This document shows positions 11,690 through 23,171 of a DNA stretch of 64,000 bases, one piece after another. Made by a program: the position numbers and the translations under genes. This DNA comes from Pachysolen tannophilus NRRL Y-2460. Taxonomy: Eukaryota. How positions within the stretch are numbered: position 1 is the first letter of the stretch; each line of letters opens with the position of its first letter. Below the pieces are notes generated by a model, which saw nothing but the letters and a program-made list of their open reading frames with translations, ran no database searches and was not told the origin of the DNA. The stretch spans positions 1 through 64,000 of the forward strand of contig KV454017.1 in NCBI GenBank assembly GCA_001661245.1, read 5' to 3'.

Positions 11690-12826
11690 TTAATTTTTAC
11701 CAGTATTGAAAAATTCATTGAATTTTGTCAATGTAAATCTGTATCTACAATCACCATCCCAACATCTACTCATTGCTGAATGACAACCAGCTTCACTAAG
11801 TGGAATTTCTTCAACCCAAGGTTTAATATTATGTTTAACAGCTAATTGCAATAATTCAAGTGCTTCTTCTCTTGAACCCAAACAAGCAGATGATAAATAA
11901 GAACCATTTTTGAAAAAACTTTTTGGTGAAACATCATATTTTTCATGTTCATCTGGTAAACCAACAGTTACAAATTTTTTTTCAACACCCAATGTAGATA
12001 AGAAAGCATTAATATCTAATGATTGTACACTTGATGCACAATTTATAATAACATCAAATTTATCAAATAAAGGAACATGCCAATTTTTTTCAGCAGTTGC
12101 AATGAAATGAGTAGCACCCATTTCTAAAGCATGTTGTTTTTTAGAAAAAGTTCTTGAAAAAGCATAAATTTCTCCATCAAATTTATTATTATCATCAGTC
12201 ATTAAAGCTTTTGCAATCATAATAGCCATATGACCAAGACCACCAATACCAATAATACCAACTTTTGCACCTGGTTTACAACCATTTCTTTTTAAAGGAG
12301 AAAAAACTGTTAAACCTCCACACATCAATGGAGCTGCTTCAGAAGATTTAATACCTTGAGGAATTGGGAAAATAAAATGTTCATTTGCTCTAACATGAGA
12401 TGCATAACCACCTTGAGAAAGATAACCATCTGGATAATAAGAATCATAAGTACCAACCATTCCTGGACAATATTGTTCATTATCCTTATTACAACGAGAA
12501 CATGATAAACATGATGAAGCTTGTGCTCCTTGACCAACACGTTCACCTAATTTAACACTAGTAACTTTTGAACCAATAGCTACAACTTTACCAACAATTT
12601 CATGTCCAACAACTTGAGGAGAACCTTTTTTATCCCAATTGGTAGCCCAACCTGCTCTTGCAGTGAAAAGATCACTTGCACAAACACCACAACATTCAAT
12701 TTCAATATCAACATCATGATCACCCATTGTTTTAGGAGCATATGAAGTTAATTTAGGTTTATTCCATTCTGAAGGTGTTTGAACAGCAAAACCTTTAAAT
12801 TCCTTTGGATAATCAACAGAAGCCAT
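11690..12826 (-). CDS. ADH6: NADPH-dependent cinnamyl-alcohol-dehydrogenase-family MDR (Adh6/Adh7-like)
   Basis: CGVCASD, GHEIVG, structural Zn site CxxCxxC...C, APLMCGGLTVFSPL, GIGGLGH. Confidence 0.88.
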   Translation of the reverse strand: MASVDYPKEFKGFAVQTPSEWNKPKLTSYAPKTMGDHDVDIEIECCGVCASDLFTARAGWATNWDKKGSPQVVGHEIVGKVVAIGSKVTSVKLGERVGQGAQASSCLSCSRCNKDNEQYCPGMVGTYDSYYPDGYLSQGGYASHVRANEHFIFPIPQGIKSSEAAPLMCGGLTVFSPLKRNGCKPGAKVGIIGIGGLGHMAIMIAKALMTDDNNKFDGEIYAFSRTFSKKQHALEMGATHFIATAEKNWHVPLFDKFDVIINCASSVQSLDINAFLSTLGVEKKFVTVGLPDEHEKYDVSPKSFFKNGSYLSSACLGSREEALELLQLAVKHNIKPWVEEIPLSEAGCHSAMSRCWDGDCRYRFTLTKFNEFFNTGKN

Positions 12827-12978
12827 TTTCCACTTTTCTATAAATTCACTCTGAAAAATTAATATCTTTAAACTTATTGAAAAAAATAAACTTGAAATAA
12901 TTGAAATAATTGAAATAATTTGTCTATTAAAGATTATACAATATTAAAAGATTTAGAATTACAATCAAGAATTTTTTC

Positions 12979-12980
<2 letters not shown>

Positions 12981-13036
<56 letters not shown>

Positions 13037-13307
13037 NNNNNNNNNNNNNNNNNNNNNNNNNNNNNNNNNNNNNNNNNNNNNNNNNNNNNNNNNNNNNNNN
13101 NNNNNNNNNNNNNNNNNNNNNNNNNNNNNNNNNNNNNNNNNNNNNNNNNNNNNNNNNNNNNNNNNNNNNNNNNNNNNNNNNNNNNNNNNNNNNNNNNNNN
13201 NNNNNNNNNNNNNNNNNNNNNNNNNNNNNNNNNNNNNNNNNNNNNNNNNNNNNNNNNNNNNNNNNNNNNNNNNNNNNNNNNNNNNNNNNNNNNNNNNNNN
13301 ATATTAT

Positions 13308-13357
<50 letters not shown>
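12981..13357. repeat. (TA)n microsatellite interrupted by an assembly gap (N run 13037-13300)
   Basis: TA repeats on both sides of the N run. Confidence 0.95.
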
Positions 13358-13359
<2 letters not shown>

Positions 13360-13696
13360 ACTAATGGTTTTTGACAGCATTACGAAAACAGTTTACGTTG
13401 AAACTTTTCAATTGATAACAGTTGTCAGAGATCTTGGTGTTAGGGGGTATAATTTTTTTGAAAAGGAAACTGCGGAAAGACTTTCCACTTCAATCTATAA
13501 AAAGGAAAACCAACCAGAACCAAAGATATAAGATACGCATTAAATTGACCAAATTAGTTAAAATTATACTTTTATGTCCAATAATATTAAATTATACCTA
13601 TATACTTGAGTTATATATATATATATATTATATACAGATGCAAAACATGCACACTAATTTCTTTTTCTTCTTTTTTTGTTGTTTTTTAAATTATTA

Positions 13697-14143
13697 TTAA
13701 TTTTGATCATCAGGTCTTCCAGCTGCTTGTGTTTCCTTCATTAACTCATATAACTATATATTAAAATAAGAAATGTTAGTTTTCAATTAGTTTTTTTATT
13801 ATATAGTTTTTTTTAAAAAAATACTTACTTGACCAATTTGATCAGGACTCATTTTATCTAAATCTTCTTTTTTCAATCTATGCTCCAACCAATTTCCTCC
13901 TTTTATAACACCAAGATACCCTTGCCATTCTGTTAAAAACCCAATTATATGTAATGGATTCTCTGTATCTTTATGAGCTTTAAATTCCAGACGAACATAT
14001 GCATCTCCTAATGCTCTTTGTGGACCAGGTAACACTCTATGAGCTCTTAAAATTTCTCGAAATAATTTTAATGGCGGGTATAATTGTGGAGTATCACGTA
14101 TAGGACGACGTGGTCTAACAAAACATACTAAACTCGATCTCAT
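13697..14143 (-). CDS. SDH7: Succinate dehydrogenase assembly factor 3 (LYR family), 2 exons: 14143-13829 and 13753-13697
   Basis: LYPPLKLFREILRAHR.LP..QRALGD.YV..EFKAHK...NPLHIIGFLTEWQ.Y. A 75-nt phase-0 intron has a GTAAGT donor (13828), an ACTAAC branch point (13780-13775) and a TAG acceptor (13754). Splicing restores the conserved QIGQ|LYELM. Confidence 0.92.
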
Positions 14144-15210
14144 CTTCTTTTTTTTTTTTTTGGCTCTTTTTCCCTCCAATAAAACTTGATTGATTCAATC
14201 TTAAAAAAAAAATTTCTTTTACCAAAATTATTTACAGATTTCTTACTAATATAATTCAATAGGATTGGTTAGTTATAGTTGGTTTTTGGGCCTTTTTTCG
14301 CCTTATTTTTTGAGTGATTTCTTAATTAAAATTTTTTATGTGAAAAAAAGAAAAATCACATACTAATTCCCAAAACGGAATGTTGGATTTACACTGCACT
14401 ACTGTTTCCTTCCGGCTATAGCGGCAGATAATTACGTAATGATTTTTTTTTTGTGTGTCTCGGAAATACTTTCCTAATTAGGAAAGGCTTTTTTGTTTTC
14501 TATTCAATTAGAAACCAACCAACCAACAATAATAACTCTACAAAAGAATTAATGATGATAATATAGATAAAGAAAAGAGTTAGTTTGGTTAAGTTTATTT
14601 TTCTTTGAATTAACAATTTATAAATTGAAATTTATTTTTTTTTTCTTTTTTTTTTTTGCGTTTTTTTTCATTTTTAAAACTAAAAACAAGATGTGGATTT
14701 ATTGGTTTAAACCCAAGGTAATTTTTTTTTTCTTTTGGCCTTTTTTTTTTCATATGAATAGCTTCCAATAAGCACGGAAAGACTTCTTCATGTCTTTGTT
14801 CCTGAGAAAATAATAATAAAAAAAATAAAATAAAAAATAAAAAAAATAAAAAAAAATAAAAAAAAAAATGCAAAAGATTTAAAAAATTTCTTTCTTTATA
14901 TCAAAAGGCTCTCTTTATACAAAATATACCCATGTAGCGTTATTTTCATTAGGTTCATTCTTACCAATATTATTTTGAATGCTTTTTTTTGTTTTTTTTT
15001 TTTTTGGTTTTTCCATATTTTTTTATGTGTTTTTAAGTGATTTATATTAATTAGTCTTTTTCAGGTCCTTTTTTTTTTGATTATTCATTTTTTCCTATTA
15101 TTTTTCAAAAACTGTACAACTTTTTATTATTTTATAATTGGTTTTCTTTTTTTTTGGACTTTTTGGCTTTTTGGCTTTTTGGCTTTTTGGCTATATATAT
15201 ATTTTTTTTT

Positions 15211-17139
15211 TTAGTTTTGGTCCTCTTTTATAGCAACTAGTTCTGGAATTGATTCATCTCTACCACTTTCATCTCTTTGATCTGATGGGAAAATCCAATT
15301 TTCTCTATTCTCTTTTGCTCTTAATTTAATTTCACCAGTATTTAAATTACCAGTATATTCCAAATTTTTACAACTAGATAATGCATTGATAATCAACTTC
15401 ATATCTCCTCCACTTAAATGTTGAACTCTATAGAAATTAGAAATAACACTTAATGGAACATAACCTTGAGAATTCATTTGTTTTCTTAAATAAATATCTT
15501 TAACTAAATTTTGGAAAGAAAAATAATAATCAATTTGCACAGATAAAGAAGTTGCAGGTTCTTGTGCGGCTGGAATAAAAGTAACTGCATTGTTAATTGG
15601 TTGGGTATTATTTTGATAATGAATCTTGTAATTGTTGTTCTGAGCATAGCTAACAGGATTATAAACAGTAGCACCACCACCATTACGAGCATAATGACTA
15701 TTATATCTTGTATAATTAGGATTGATATTATTGGTATGTCCATTACCAGCAAAATGATGTGGAATAAATGTAGGTTGGAAATTTCTTGGTTGGAAAGTTT
15801 GTGCATTAGGCAAGAAAGTTGGTGCAGGAATAAAATTCATATTTGCAGGACTATTACCGTGTCTGTTAAATGGAACAAAACCAATACTATTTCTAGTATG
15901 GTATTTTCTGTAATTATCACTTATATGATTACCATTAAGGTTTCTGCTGTTTTGCGGCTGTTGCTGCTGCTGCGGTTGCTGTTGTTGCTGATGTTGTTGT
16001 TGATGTTGATGTTGCTGTTGATGTTGTTGATGTTGTTGTTGCTGATTTATATCTTGTTCACCCAACGGTTGTACGTGTACCTGTCCATGTGCTTGTTTTA
16101 ATTCCTGATGCTTCAATTGCTGTTGATTCTTGTTTTGCTCTTGCATATCTGAAGCATTTTCTTGCTGCTTTGGGTAATGATGATGATGATGATGTTGATT
16201 GTGCTGAATTTGTTGATTATGCAGCTTTGGTTTTTGTTTCTGTTGCTCAGATTGCTGCTCATTTTGATGTTGTGATGGCTGTTGTTGCGAGTTTTGATTT
16301 TGGTTCTGTTTTTGTTCATATACTTGATTTTGACTCTGATCTTTTAAATCTTTATTCAGATCTGGTTTAGTATTAGACTCCTTTTCAGATTTTGAAGCAA
16401 CAGATTGTTTTGAACGACGACCTTGCAGTTGCTGACTCTTGTTCTGTTGTTGTAATGTCTGCTGCTGAGACTGTTGTTTAGAACCATTTCTCTTATTTTT
16501 ATTACTCTTTTTCTGATTACCATTATTACTTCCTCCATTACTACTTTTTGCACTTTTTGGAGCAGGTAACACAACAGCAGCTTTAAATGGAACCCATTTT
16601 TCCTTCCCATTCGAAATAGTTGGTTTCTTATTTTTTGGAATTGGAACCACAGAATCTGATTCGAAGGCAAGATCTGGAGTTGGCCAATGTTTTTCATTAA
16701 CTTTTAAATTAATAATACCTAAAGAATTTGAACTTGATTTTGAACCCCAAGGACTACTAGTAGGAATTGGTGCAGGAGCTAAATTCTGTTTTTGAACAGC
16801 TGCCTTGGCCGTTTTCTTAGATCCCAGCTTCTCATCACTAACATCTTCATCATCATTATCATTATTATTATCAACAACTTTAACTTTTGTAGTTGAATTT
16901 TCATTCAATTCATCTGTGGTGTGGGGTGTTTGCAGTGTGGTGCCAGTGGTGTGAGTGGTGCCGGTGGTGTGGGATGCTTCCCATTGAGATGAAGGAGATG
17001 AGGACGACAAAGACTCAATTTCTTCAGTAGAAGTTGATATTTGCTCCACTTTTAAACCATCCGCAATCGACTCTGACAAATCATTAACATTTGGACTGGC
17101 AACACCTGCTGCCGCATTAGCATATGAAACTGAAGACAT
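15211..17139 (-). CDS. SRO9: La-motif RNA-binding protein (Sro9/Slf1, LARP1 family) with Q/H/N-rich low-complexity region
   Basis: LAPAPIPTSSPW, WPTP, KEKWVP, La motif QIDYYFSFQNLVKDIYLRKQMNSQGYVPLSVISNFYRV. Confidence 0.85.
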   Translation of the reverse strand: MSSVSYANAAAGVASPNVNDLSESIADGLKVEQISTSTEEIESLSSSSPSSQWEASHTTGTTHTTGTTLQTPHTTDELNENSTTKVKVVDNNNDNDDEDVSDEKLGSKKTAKAAVQKQNLAPAPIPTSSPWGSKSSSNSLGIINLKVNEKHWPTPDLAFESDSVVPIPKNKKPTISNGKEKWVPFKAAVVLPAPKSAKSSNGGSNNGNQKKSNKNKRNGSKQQSQQQTLQQQNKSQQLQGRRSKQSVASKSEKESNTKPDLNKDLKDQSQNQVYEQKQNQNQNSQQQPSQHQNEQQSEQQKQKPKLHNQQIQHNQHHHHHHYPKQQENASDMQEQNKNQQQLKHQELKQAHGQVHVQPLGEQDINQQQQHQQHQQQHQHQQQHQQQQQPQQQQQPQNSRNLNGNHISDNYRKYHTRNSIGFVPFNRHGNSPANMNFIPAPTFLPNAQTFQPRNFQPTFIPHHFAGNGHTNNINPNYTRYNSHYARNGGGATVYNPVSYAQNNNYKIHYQNNTQPINNAVTFIPAAQEPATSLSVQIDYYFSFQNLVKDIYLRKQMNSQGYVPLSVISNFYRVQHLSGGDMKLIINALSSCKNLEYTGNLNTGEIKLRAKENRENWIFPSDQRDESGRDESIPELVAIKEDQN

Positions 17140-17650
17140 TTTTATTTTTTTTTTTTTTTTTTATTTCTCTCTCTCTATTTTTCTTACTCCTGCTTCCCAA
17201 AGAAAAGAAAAGAAAAAAAAAATTCACTGGTAGTACAATATGCAACTGAATATAATAATATTCTATTCAAATATACTTCAATAAGTATATTTTTTCAAAT
17301 GAAACTGAAAATAAAGTAAATCAAATGATAAATTTCGAAAACTGAAAACTTGAACTTTTTTTTTTTTTTTTTTTTTTTTTTTCAGTAACTTTTTAACAGA
17401 ACCGAAAATAAAACGATGAATGAGAGATCAAAAAAAAATTAAAAAGAATTTTCTTATAAAGAGTATCTTAACTATATCTTTATAACTCTAACTTTCTTTT
17501 CCTGTTTTTCCAAAACCGAAAATTCCTTTTCTAGAGTAATTTCTCTTGAATCAAACAATTTTACGAAAAAAAGACCCTATTTTAAAACAGAATGCAACTT
17601 TCCATAAATGAAAAAAAAAGACTATACTACTACTTCTTTCGTTTGGTTGG

Positions 17651-17747
17651 TGAAAAATTTTTCGAGGAGTTTCTGCGGGATCTCTCACAAAGAGAGTTAA
17701 AACAAAAAAAAAACGTCTGTCGTGTAAATAAATACTGAAAAATTTTT
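17651..17747. promoter_or_regulatory. Two RRPE-like elements (TGAAAAATTTT) upstream of the SRO9-like gene
   Basis: TGAAAAATTTTT at 17651 and 17736. The background is AT-rich, so chance matches are possible. Confidence 0.45.
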
Positions 17748-17990
17748 TTTCTTTCTTTCTTTTTTACTTTCTTTTTAGAAGCAAAAGGAGACCGCCTTTT
17801 TAAGGCAGGAGTCCCCGGAAGAAGTTTAAAAGGGAAAGGCCGGCTAAATTTTTAAAAGGATTTATCTAAAAGAAACGTTATTATGAAACCCTTGTAATAC
17901 AAATTAGTACCTTGGAACTTTGGTACTTCGGTGCACTACTACAGTATTCGGTAGAAAAGAAAAAGAAAGAGAAGAGAAAAGAAAAAAATT

Positions 17991-18015
17991 ATCACGTGAT
18001 TTGGACATCACGTGA
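17991..18015. promoter_or_regulatory. Tandem Cbf1/bHLH E-boxes (TCACGTGA x2)
   Basis: atcacgtgat-ttggac-atcacgtga. Confidence 0.55.
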
Positions 18016-18162
18016 ATGAAAGGTATTTGTATGCTGAATAGGGTTTTTATCATTACCATTTATAAATATATATACACCAATGCTTAATATACAGATGCAA
18101 GTTTGGCTGTGTTGTAGCCAGTTATTGCCTGTCGTCTGTTGTGAGATCTTAGATCTTAGATC

Positions 18163-20796
18163 TCATGAGTCTTTTGCTGAATTGTCAGTTTTCTGCTTTT
18201 TGCTTTTGTTTTCTGTTTTCATTGAAACATATCTTGCCAAATAATATTGCGTAGTCTTATCAAAGGCCAGGGACACAGATTGCTCATTTTGTGTTGAACC
18301 TTTGATTATTAAGTTTTTATTCATTTTATTCTTATTGTTTTGAGTTTTCAATTTATTAAGTCCAAACTTATTAACTAATTTTTCATCGTTTAAAATATCA
18401 AAACCTAATTTCTTACGTAATTGAGCCTTCTTTGTTAACGACCAATCAATTAATATCTCTTTGAAACTAAAACCAAGTCTTTCAAGTTCACTGATACACC
18501 AATATATGATGGAACTTTCATGTTGTGTAGTATTCTTTTGCAAAATGGCTTGATCAGCAATCATCTTAATAATAAATTTTTTCAAATTTGTAGGAATAAA
18601 TAATTGAACTTTATCATATCTTTGAGCAAAAGGATTACTTATATCTCTTAAATTCATTTCATTTTTGAAAAAAATTGATTTATCACTAATTGAATTCATA
18701 TAAACTTCTTTTGAATACTCCAAAGGATGGTTTTTCAAAAGAAATTTGAAATATGATGTTGTAAACCAATTCCAAACTTCATCTCTATAATCTATACTTT
18801 GAGTCATCTTACAAAACATCAAATTTATCTTATAAAAATCAACAACATTATGTTCAATCATATAATCTAATATAGTAATAAATAAAGATTTGGAAACATA
18901 TGGTGAAACAGTTTGAAACATTTTCCAAACTTTTTCAAATTCAATTTTTCTATTTCCTAATCCTGTATTATATAACATTGATCTGCAAATTAAATTTAAT
19001 TCAACATGACTTAACCCTTTTGGATATCTTTCATAAATTAATTTAACAATTTTTTCAACACCTTCAGAATCTTGAAATTTTAAATGTAATGCTAATAAGG
19101 CAGATAATTGACCTCTAGTAAGATGAGTAACATATGAATAATTTAAAGATTCTAATTCAGAATTTGAATCTTTATTTAATTCTGCAATTAAAACTTCAGA
19201 TAATTTAAAATCAGAAGTTCTAGAAGAATGAAATAATAAAGCATCCATTAAATCTGGATTAACTAAACAAGATCTAATAGGTAAATCTGCTATAAGTTCA
19301 CTAACCAAATACCTATATCTTTGATTTTTACTGAAAAATCTAATCATCTTAGCTAATATTGAATAATAATAATATTCATTATCAGCATTATTATTTACAC
19401 TATTCATTTGTGAATTATATTTAACAGTATGAAGTTTTTTAATTCTTGACCAAATCAAATAAACAACAGGTTCATTATTATAGGCAATATTATGCTCAAT
19501 TAATTTATATGTATATCTTAAATATAAATCTAGTTGATTATTATGAAGTACAGCATCTTGATCATCATTAGATTTAATAGTGAAATTATGGAAATAAATA
19601 TCTAAAATTTTTCTAAAAATTTCTGTTTTCAAATTGAGATAAACATCGTCATCCAATATTAATGTATTTTCTATTACAGTTGATAATTGGGAAGGTGATA
19701 ATTTAAATTTAAAATCATTTAAATTAAAAGACAGATCTTTTCCCTCTTTTTTCTTATTATTAATACTCAGTGAAACATTATCCAACATTTCATTTTGAAA
19801 TTCATGTAATTTAATAATTGTTATAATTTGTTTATCATCTTGTAAAGGAGATTTAATCAATAAAGATTGAATGATTAAATTTAATATTTCTTTATTCAAT
19901 AATATATAATTGACAAAATTTGGACTTGAACTTTCATAATGCTTAATAATATCAATATAAAGAGCCGATGCTAATAAAGCATTTTTAGAAATTAATGAAC
20001 AATAAATTAAAAATCTGAAAAACTCATATTGTATACCATATGGAATACTTGAAGAGTTAATTTCTTTTAAAGGTAATTCCAATTTTTGAGATCTAACAAT
20101 TTGTATCACATGTGAATCAATTTTTTTCAATATTTCATTATTAAAATTTAATAAATTATCAATAATATAATGCACCTCATTATAATTTAAAAATAAAGAG
20201 TTGTAACTACCAAACATTAAATCACTCAATATTTTTAATAATATTATCTTTATAGATGAATTAAATTTAAATAAAAAACACAACATTTTCATCAATTGAT
20301 AACTTTGATCACTATATCCCATTTTAATTAATCTAATAAATATGGATTCATTATTAACTTTGGTTAAAATTATTTTGGAATTTGAATTTATAAAATTAAT
20401 ACAATCTCTTCGTACTTGTAACTGCTGTAAATTTTTCATCATAGATTTTGAATTTTCAAATGATAATAAAAATGATACCACAATATCTATATGAGAATTC
20501 TCCTCATTTACTTGAATCTGATCAAACTCACTTGAACTATTCTTCTCTTTCACATTATTAGAATCCCAACTAAGTGGCTTGGGTATATTAACAACCGGTC
20601 CTTGCTTCTTTGAAGTACTAATACCATCATCACCAGAATTCGAATTTTCTAAATTATTCAAAACCAAAAATTTCTGATACATACAAGCAGAAATTGTCAA
20701 AGATCGTATTGCCTCAACAGGTATTGCACCAATCCGTACTGTACCAATCCGTATGATCCCAAGCCTACTTCGGCTTATATGCTTCAAAATTATCAT
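18163..20796 (-). CDS. Mitochondrial helical-repeat (PPR-like) protein, probable Cbp1 ortholog
   Basis: 877-aa ORF with an Arg-rich presequence-like N-terminus and helical composition. It is divergent from NUC1, the position CBP1 holds in S. cerevisiae (CBP1-NUC1-LAA1). The identity rests on synteny only. Confidence 0.5.
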   Translation of the reverse strand: MIILKHISRSRLGIIRIGTVRIGAIPVEAIRSLTISACMYQKFLVLNNLENSNSGDDGISTSKKQGPVVNIPKPLSWDSNNVKEKNSSSEFDQIQVNEENSHIDIVVSFLLSFENSKSMMKNLQQLQVRRDCINFINSNSKIILTKVNNESIFIRLIKMGYSDQSYQLMKMLCFLFKFNSSIKIILLKILSDLMFGSYNSLFLNYNEVHYIIDNLLNFNNEILKKIDSHVIQIVRSQKLELPLKEINSSSIPYGIQYEFFRFLIYCSLISKNALLASALYIDIIKHYESSSPNFVNYILLNKEILNLIIQSLLIKSPLQDDKQIITIIKLHEFQNEMLDNVSLSINNKKKEGKDLSFNLNDFKFKLSPSQLSTVIENTLILDDDVYLNLKTEIFRKILDIYFHNFTIKSNDDQDAVLHNNQLDLYLRYTYKLIEHNIAYNNEPVVYLIWSRIKKLHTVKYNSQMNSVNNNADNEYYYYSILAKMIRFFSKNQRYRYLVSELIADLPIRSCLVNPDLMDALLFHSSRTSDFKLSEVLIAELNKDSNSELESLNYSYVTHLTRGQLSALLALHLKFQDSEGVEKIVKLIYERYPKGLSHVELNLICRSMLYNTGLGNRKIEFEKVWKMFQTVSPYVSKSLFITILDYMIEHNVVDFYKINLMFCKMTQSIDYRDEVWNWFTTSYFKFLLKNHPLEYSKEVYMNSISDKSIFFKNEMNLRDISNPFAQRYDKVQLFIPTNLKKFIIKMIADQAILQKNTTQHESSIIYWCISELERLGFSFKEILIDWSLTKKAQLRKKLGFDILNDEKLVNKFGLNKLKTQNNKNKMNKNLIIKGSTQNEQSVSLAFDKTTQYYLARYVSMKTENKSKKQKTDNSAKDS

Positions 20797-21237
20797 ACTA
20801 CTTCTTTATTGAAATTCTTCATCAAGTATCTCTTTCTTTTCAACTAATATTCTCTTCTAACAAAATCGCCTAATCAAAACACAACCAGTTGTAAAATAAA
20901 TACAGGAAATAATAACAACAACCCTCAAACCAAGTAATCTCTAACCTCCCTAACGTCTTTTTTACTTCTTGATTCACTAAATATGGGTCTTCAATACTTT
21001 TATGAATTGATTTAATTGATATGAAAAGATCATTTAAAATTCAAAATTTTTGTAAATTTTTTTTTTTTATTTTTTTTTTTTTGGCTTCTTCTTTAATACC
21101 AAGTTCCGAGGGTACTTTTCATCAAGTTTTTAAAATGTTTTCAACATTGATATTGACAACGATAGAAATTGAATTTTTTCGAAATCGATAGAGTGTCTTG
21201 TGGTAGTTGATTTGGTTTTGTTGTTTATTGGAATATC

Positions 21238-22281
21238 ATGAATAAACAAGCGGTTGTTGGTTTTTTAGGTTTAGGAAGTATTGGGGTAGCCAATTTTTTT
21301 TGGGGGAAATCTTCAACACCTTCTGGACCTCTGGATTCAGGGTTTCCAAATGGATTATCTATTCCACCTCCAGATAAGAATAGGAATGGAGGAGTTCCAA
21401 CATCTCAGGTGAAAAATGGGAAAGGATTTGTTTCTGATCAGTCTGATCTTGTTAGGCCAGCAGATTTTTTCAAATATGGGTTTCCAGGACCTATTCATGA
21501 TTTACAAACTAGAGAAGAATTTGTAGCATGTTATAATAGAGTTACAAGAAATCCATATTATGTGGTTGAACATATAACTCCTGGGTCTTTAAGTAAGAAT
21601 GGTGCTAATGGAGATAGAAAGAATTCTGTATTTAAGGAAGATGAACAAATTCCTGCAAAATTTCGTGCTAGATTAAGAGATTATTTTAGATCTGGTTATG
21701 ATAGAGGTCATCAAGCACCAGCAGCAGATGCAAAATTTTCTCAAAAGGCAATGGATGAAACTTTTTATTTGACAAATATGTCTCCTCAAGTTGGTGAAGG
21801 GTTTAATAGAGATTATTGGGCTCATTTAGAGGATTTTGCAAGAAGATTAGCACAAAATTATCGTTCAGTAAGAATTGTTACAGGACCATTATTTTTACCT
21901 AAAAAGGATCCAATTGATGGTAAATTTAGAGTTACATATGAAGTTATTGGTAATCCTCCAAATGTTGCTGTTCCAACCCATTTTTTCAAATTAATTGTTG
22001 CTGAATCACCAGTTCAAAATCCCACTTCTGATGCATTAGCAGTTGCTGCATTTGTATTGCCAAATGATGTTATCTCTAATGATACAAAATTGACTCTGTT
22101 TGAAGTTCCATTAGAAGCATTGGAAATTTCTTCTGGTTTAGAATTTTTGTCAAAAGTCCCACTGAACAAAAAAAAATCCTTATGTAAAGAAGTTAAATGT
22201 GAAATCATTGTTAGAGATTTTAAACAAATTTCAAATGGTAAGAAAGAATTATTGGCATTACCACCACCTCCATCCAACTAA
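21238..22281 (+). CDS. NUC1: Mitochondrial nuclease Nuc1 (EndoG)
   Basis: FFKYGFPGPIHDL, active site YDRGHQAPAAD, FYLTNMSPQVGEGFNRDYW, VAVPTHFFK. Confidence 0.97.
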   Translation: MNKQAVVGFLGLGSIGVANFFWGKSSTPSGPLDSGFPNGLSIPPPDKNRNGGVPTSQVKNGKGFVSDQSDLVRPADFFKYGFPGPIHDLQTREEFVACYNRVTRNPYYVVEHITPGSLSKNGANGDRKNSVFKEDEQIPAKFRARLRDYFRSGYDRGHQAPAADAKFSQKAMDETFYLTNMSPQVGEGFNRDYWAHLEDFARRLAQNYRSVRIVTGPLFLPKKDPIDGKFRVTYEVIGNPPNVAVPTHFFKLIVAESPVQNPTSDALAVAAFVLPNDVISNDTKLTLFEVPLEALEISSGLEFLSKVPLNKKKSLCKEVKCEIIVRDFKQISNGKKELLALPPPPSN

Positions 22282-22294
22282 ATTATTCACTGAG

Positions 22295-22328
<34 letters not shown>

Positions 22329-22472
22329 TTATATTTATAGAGATATTTAAGAGCATGAATATAGAAGATATACAAATTTTAATAAATTCATTTTTAATTA
22401 AGTAAGAGACATAGTTAATCTAAAAATCAAAAAAAAAATACACACAAGATTAAAAATGAATGAATGAATTAA

Positions 22473-23171
22473 TTATTCAGAAGGAAAAATTTTTAACCCT
22501 CTTTGGAAACCATCTATCTTTTTAAGTTTATCATACCATTGCTTCACACTTGGATATTCATTGATATCAATTCCAAAAGAACCCAAATTGTTAGCAAACG
22601 TCCAAATTCCAATATCTGCAATAGTTATCCTATCACCAACTAATAATAAATTTGAATGATTTTTTTGTAAAAATGATTCCAAAATACTGTATAACCTCTT
22701 CAATTCTTCAACAAATTTTTTAGTTGCAAAAGGATCAGGTTCAGTATAAGTATTGAATTGAAACAAAATATTTTGAATCACACCAACTGCAGAAACTTGA
22801 AAAAATAAACATTCAACAGTTTTCCAATAATTCAATGTACCATAAGGATATGAAAACTTATGAGACTTGTCATATTTTTCAATCAAATATAACATAATTG
22901 CTCCAGACTCTGCAATTTCCAACTTATTACCCTTTTCATCAACATCGGACAACGTTGGAATCTTACCATTAGGATTCAATTCAAGATACCAAGGTTCTTT
23001 ATTTTCATTTGTAGCCAAATTTATTGGCCGAACATAATAATCCAATCCTAACAATTCCAACAAAATAGAAATCTTAAATCCATTTGAAGTTGGAGCAGTA
23101 TATAACTTGATATATGGAGCTTTTAAAGCAACTTCTTTTGGGTCTTTTTCATCAACTAAGTAACCAACCAT
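22473..23171 (-). CDS. Glutathione S-transferase, Ure2p-like/Nu class, no prion domain
   Basis: TSNGFKISILLELL, LNPNGKIPTL, ESGAIMLYL, LVGDRITIADI. Confidence 0.88.
   Translation of the reverse strand: MVGYLVDEKDPKEVALKAPYIKLYTAPTSNGFKISILLELLGLDYYVRPINLATNENKEPWYLELNPNGKIPTLSDVDEKGNKLEIAESGAIMLYLIEKYDKSHKFSYPYGTLNYWKTVECLFFQVSAVGVIQNILFQFNTYTEPDPFATKKFVEELKRLYSILESFLQKNHSNLLLVGDRITIADIGIWTFANNLGSFGIDINEYPSVKQWYDKLKKIDGFQRGLKIFPSE

Noticed and set aside
15504..16697. Overlapping and antisense ORFs within SRO9, and similar ones in the Zn2Cys6, Ada-like, LAA1 and ECM5 genes
   Set aside because: Shadows of low-complexity codon repeats.
16945..16960. 16-nt match to the telomeric repeat (AGTGGTGTGAGTGGTG) inside the SRO9-like gene
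   Set aside because: It lies in frame within a coding HTTGTT peptide duplication, and Thr/His codons explain it.
17991..18080. CDEI-like TCACGTG followed by AT-rich DNA (point centromere)
   Set aside because: No long, very AT-rich CDEII of the right length and no CDEIII CCGAA. More likely promoter Cbf1 sites.
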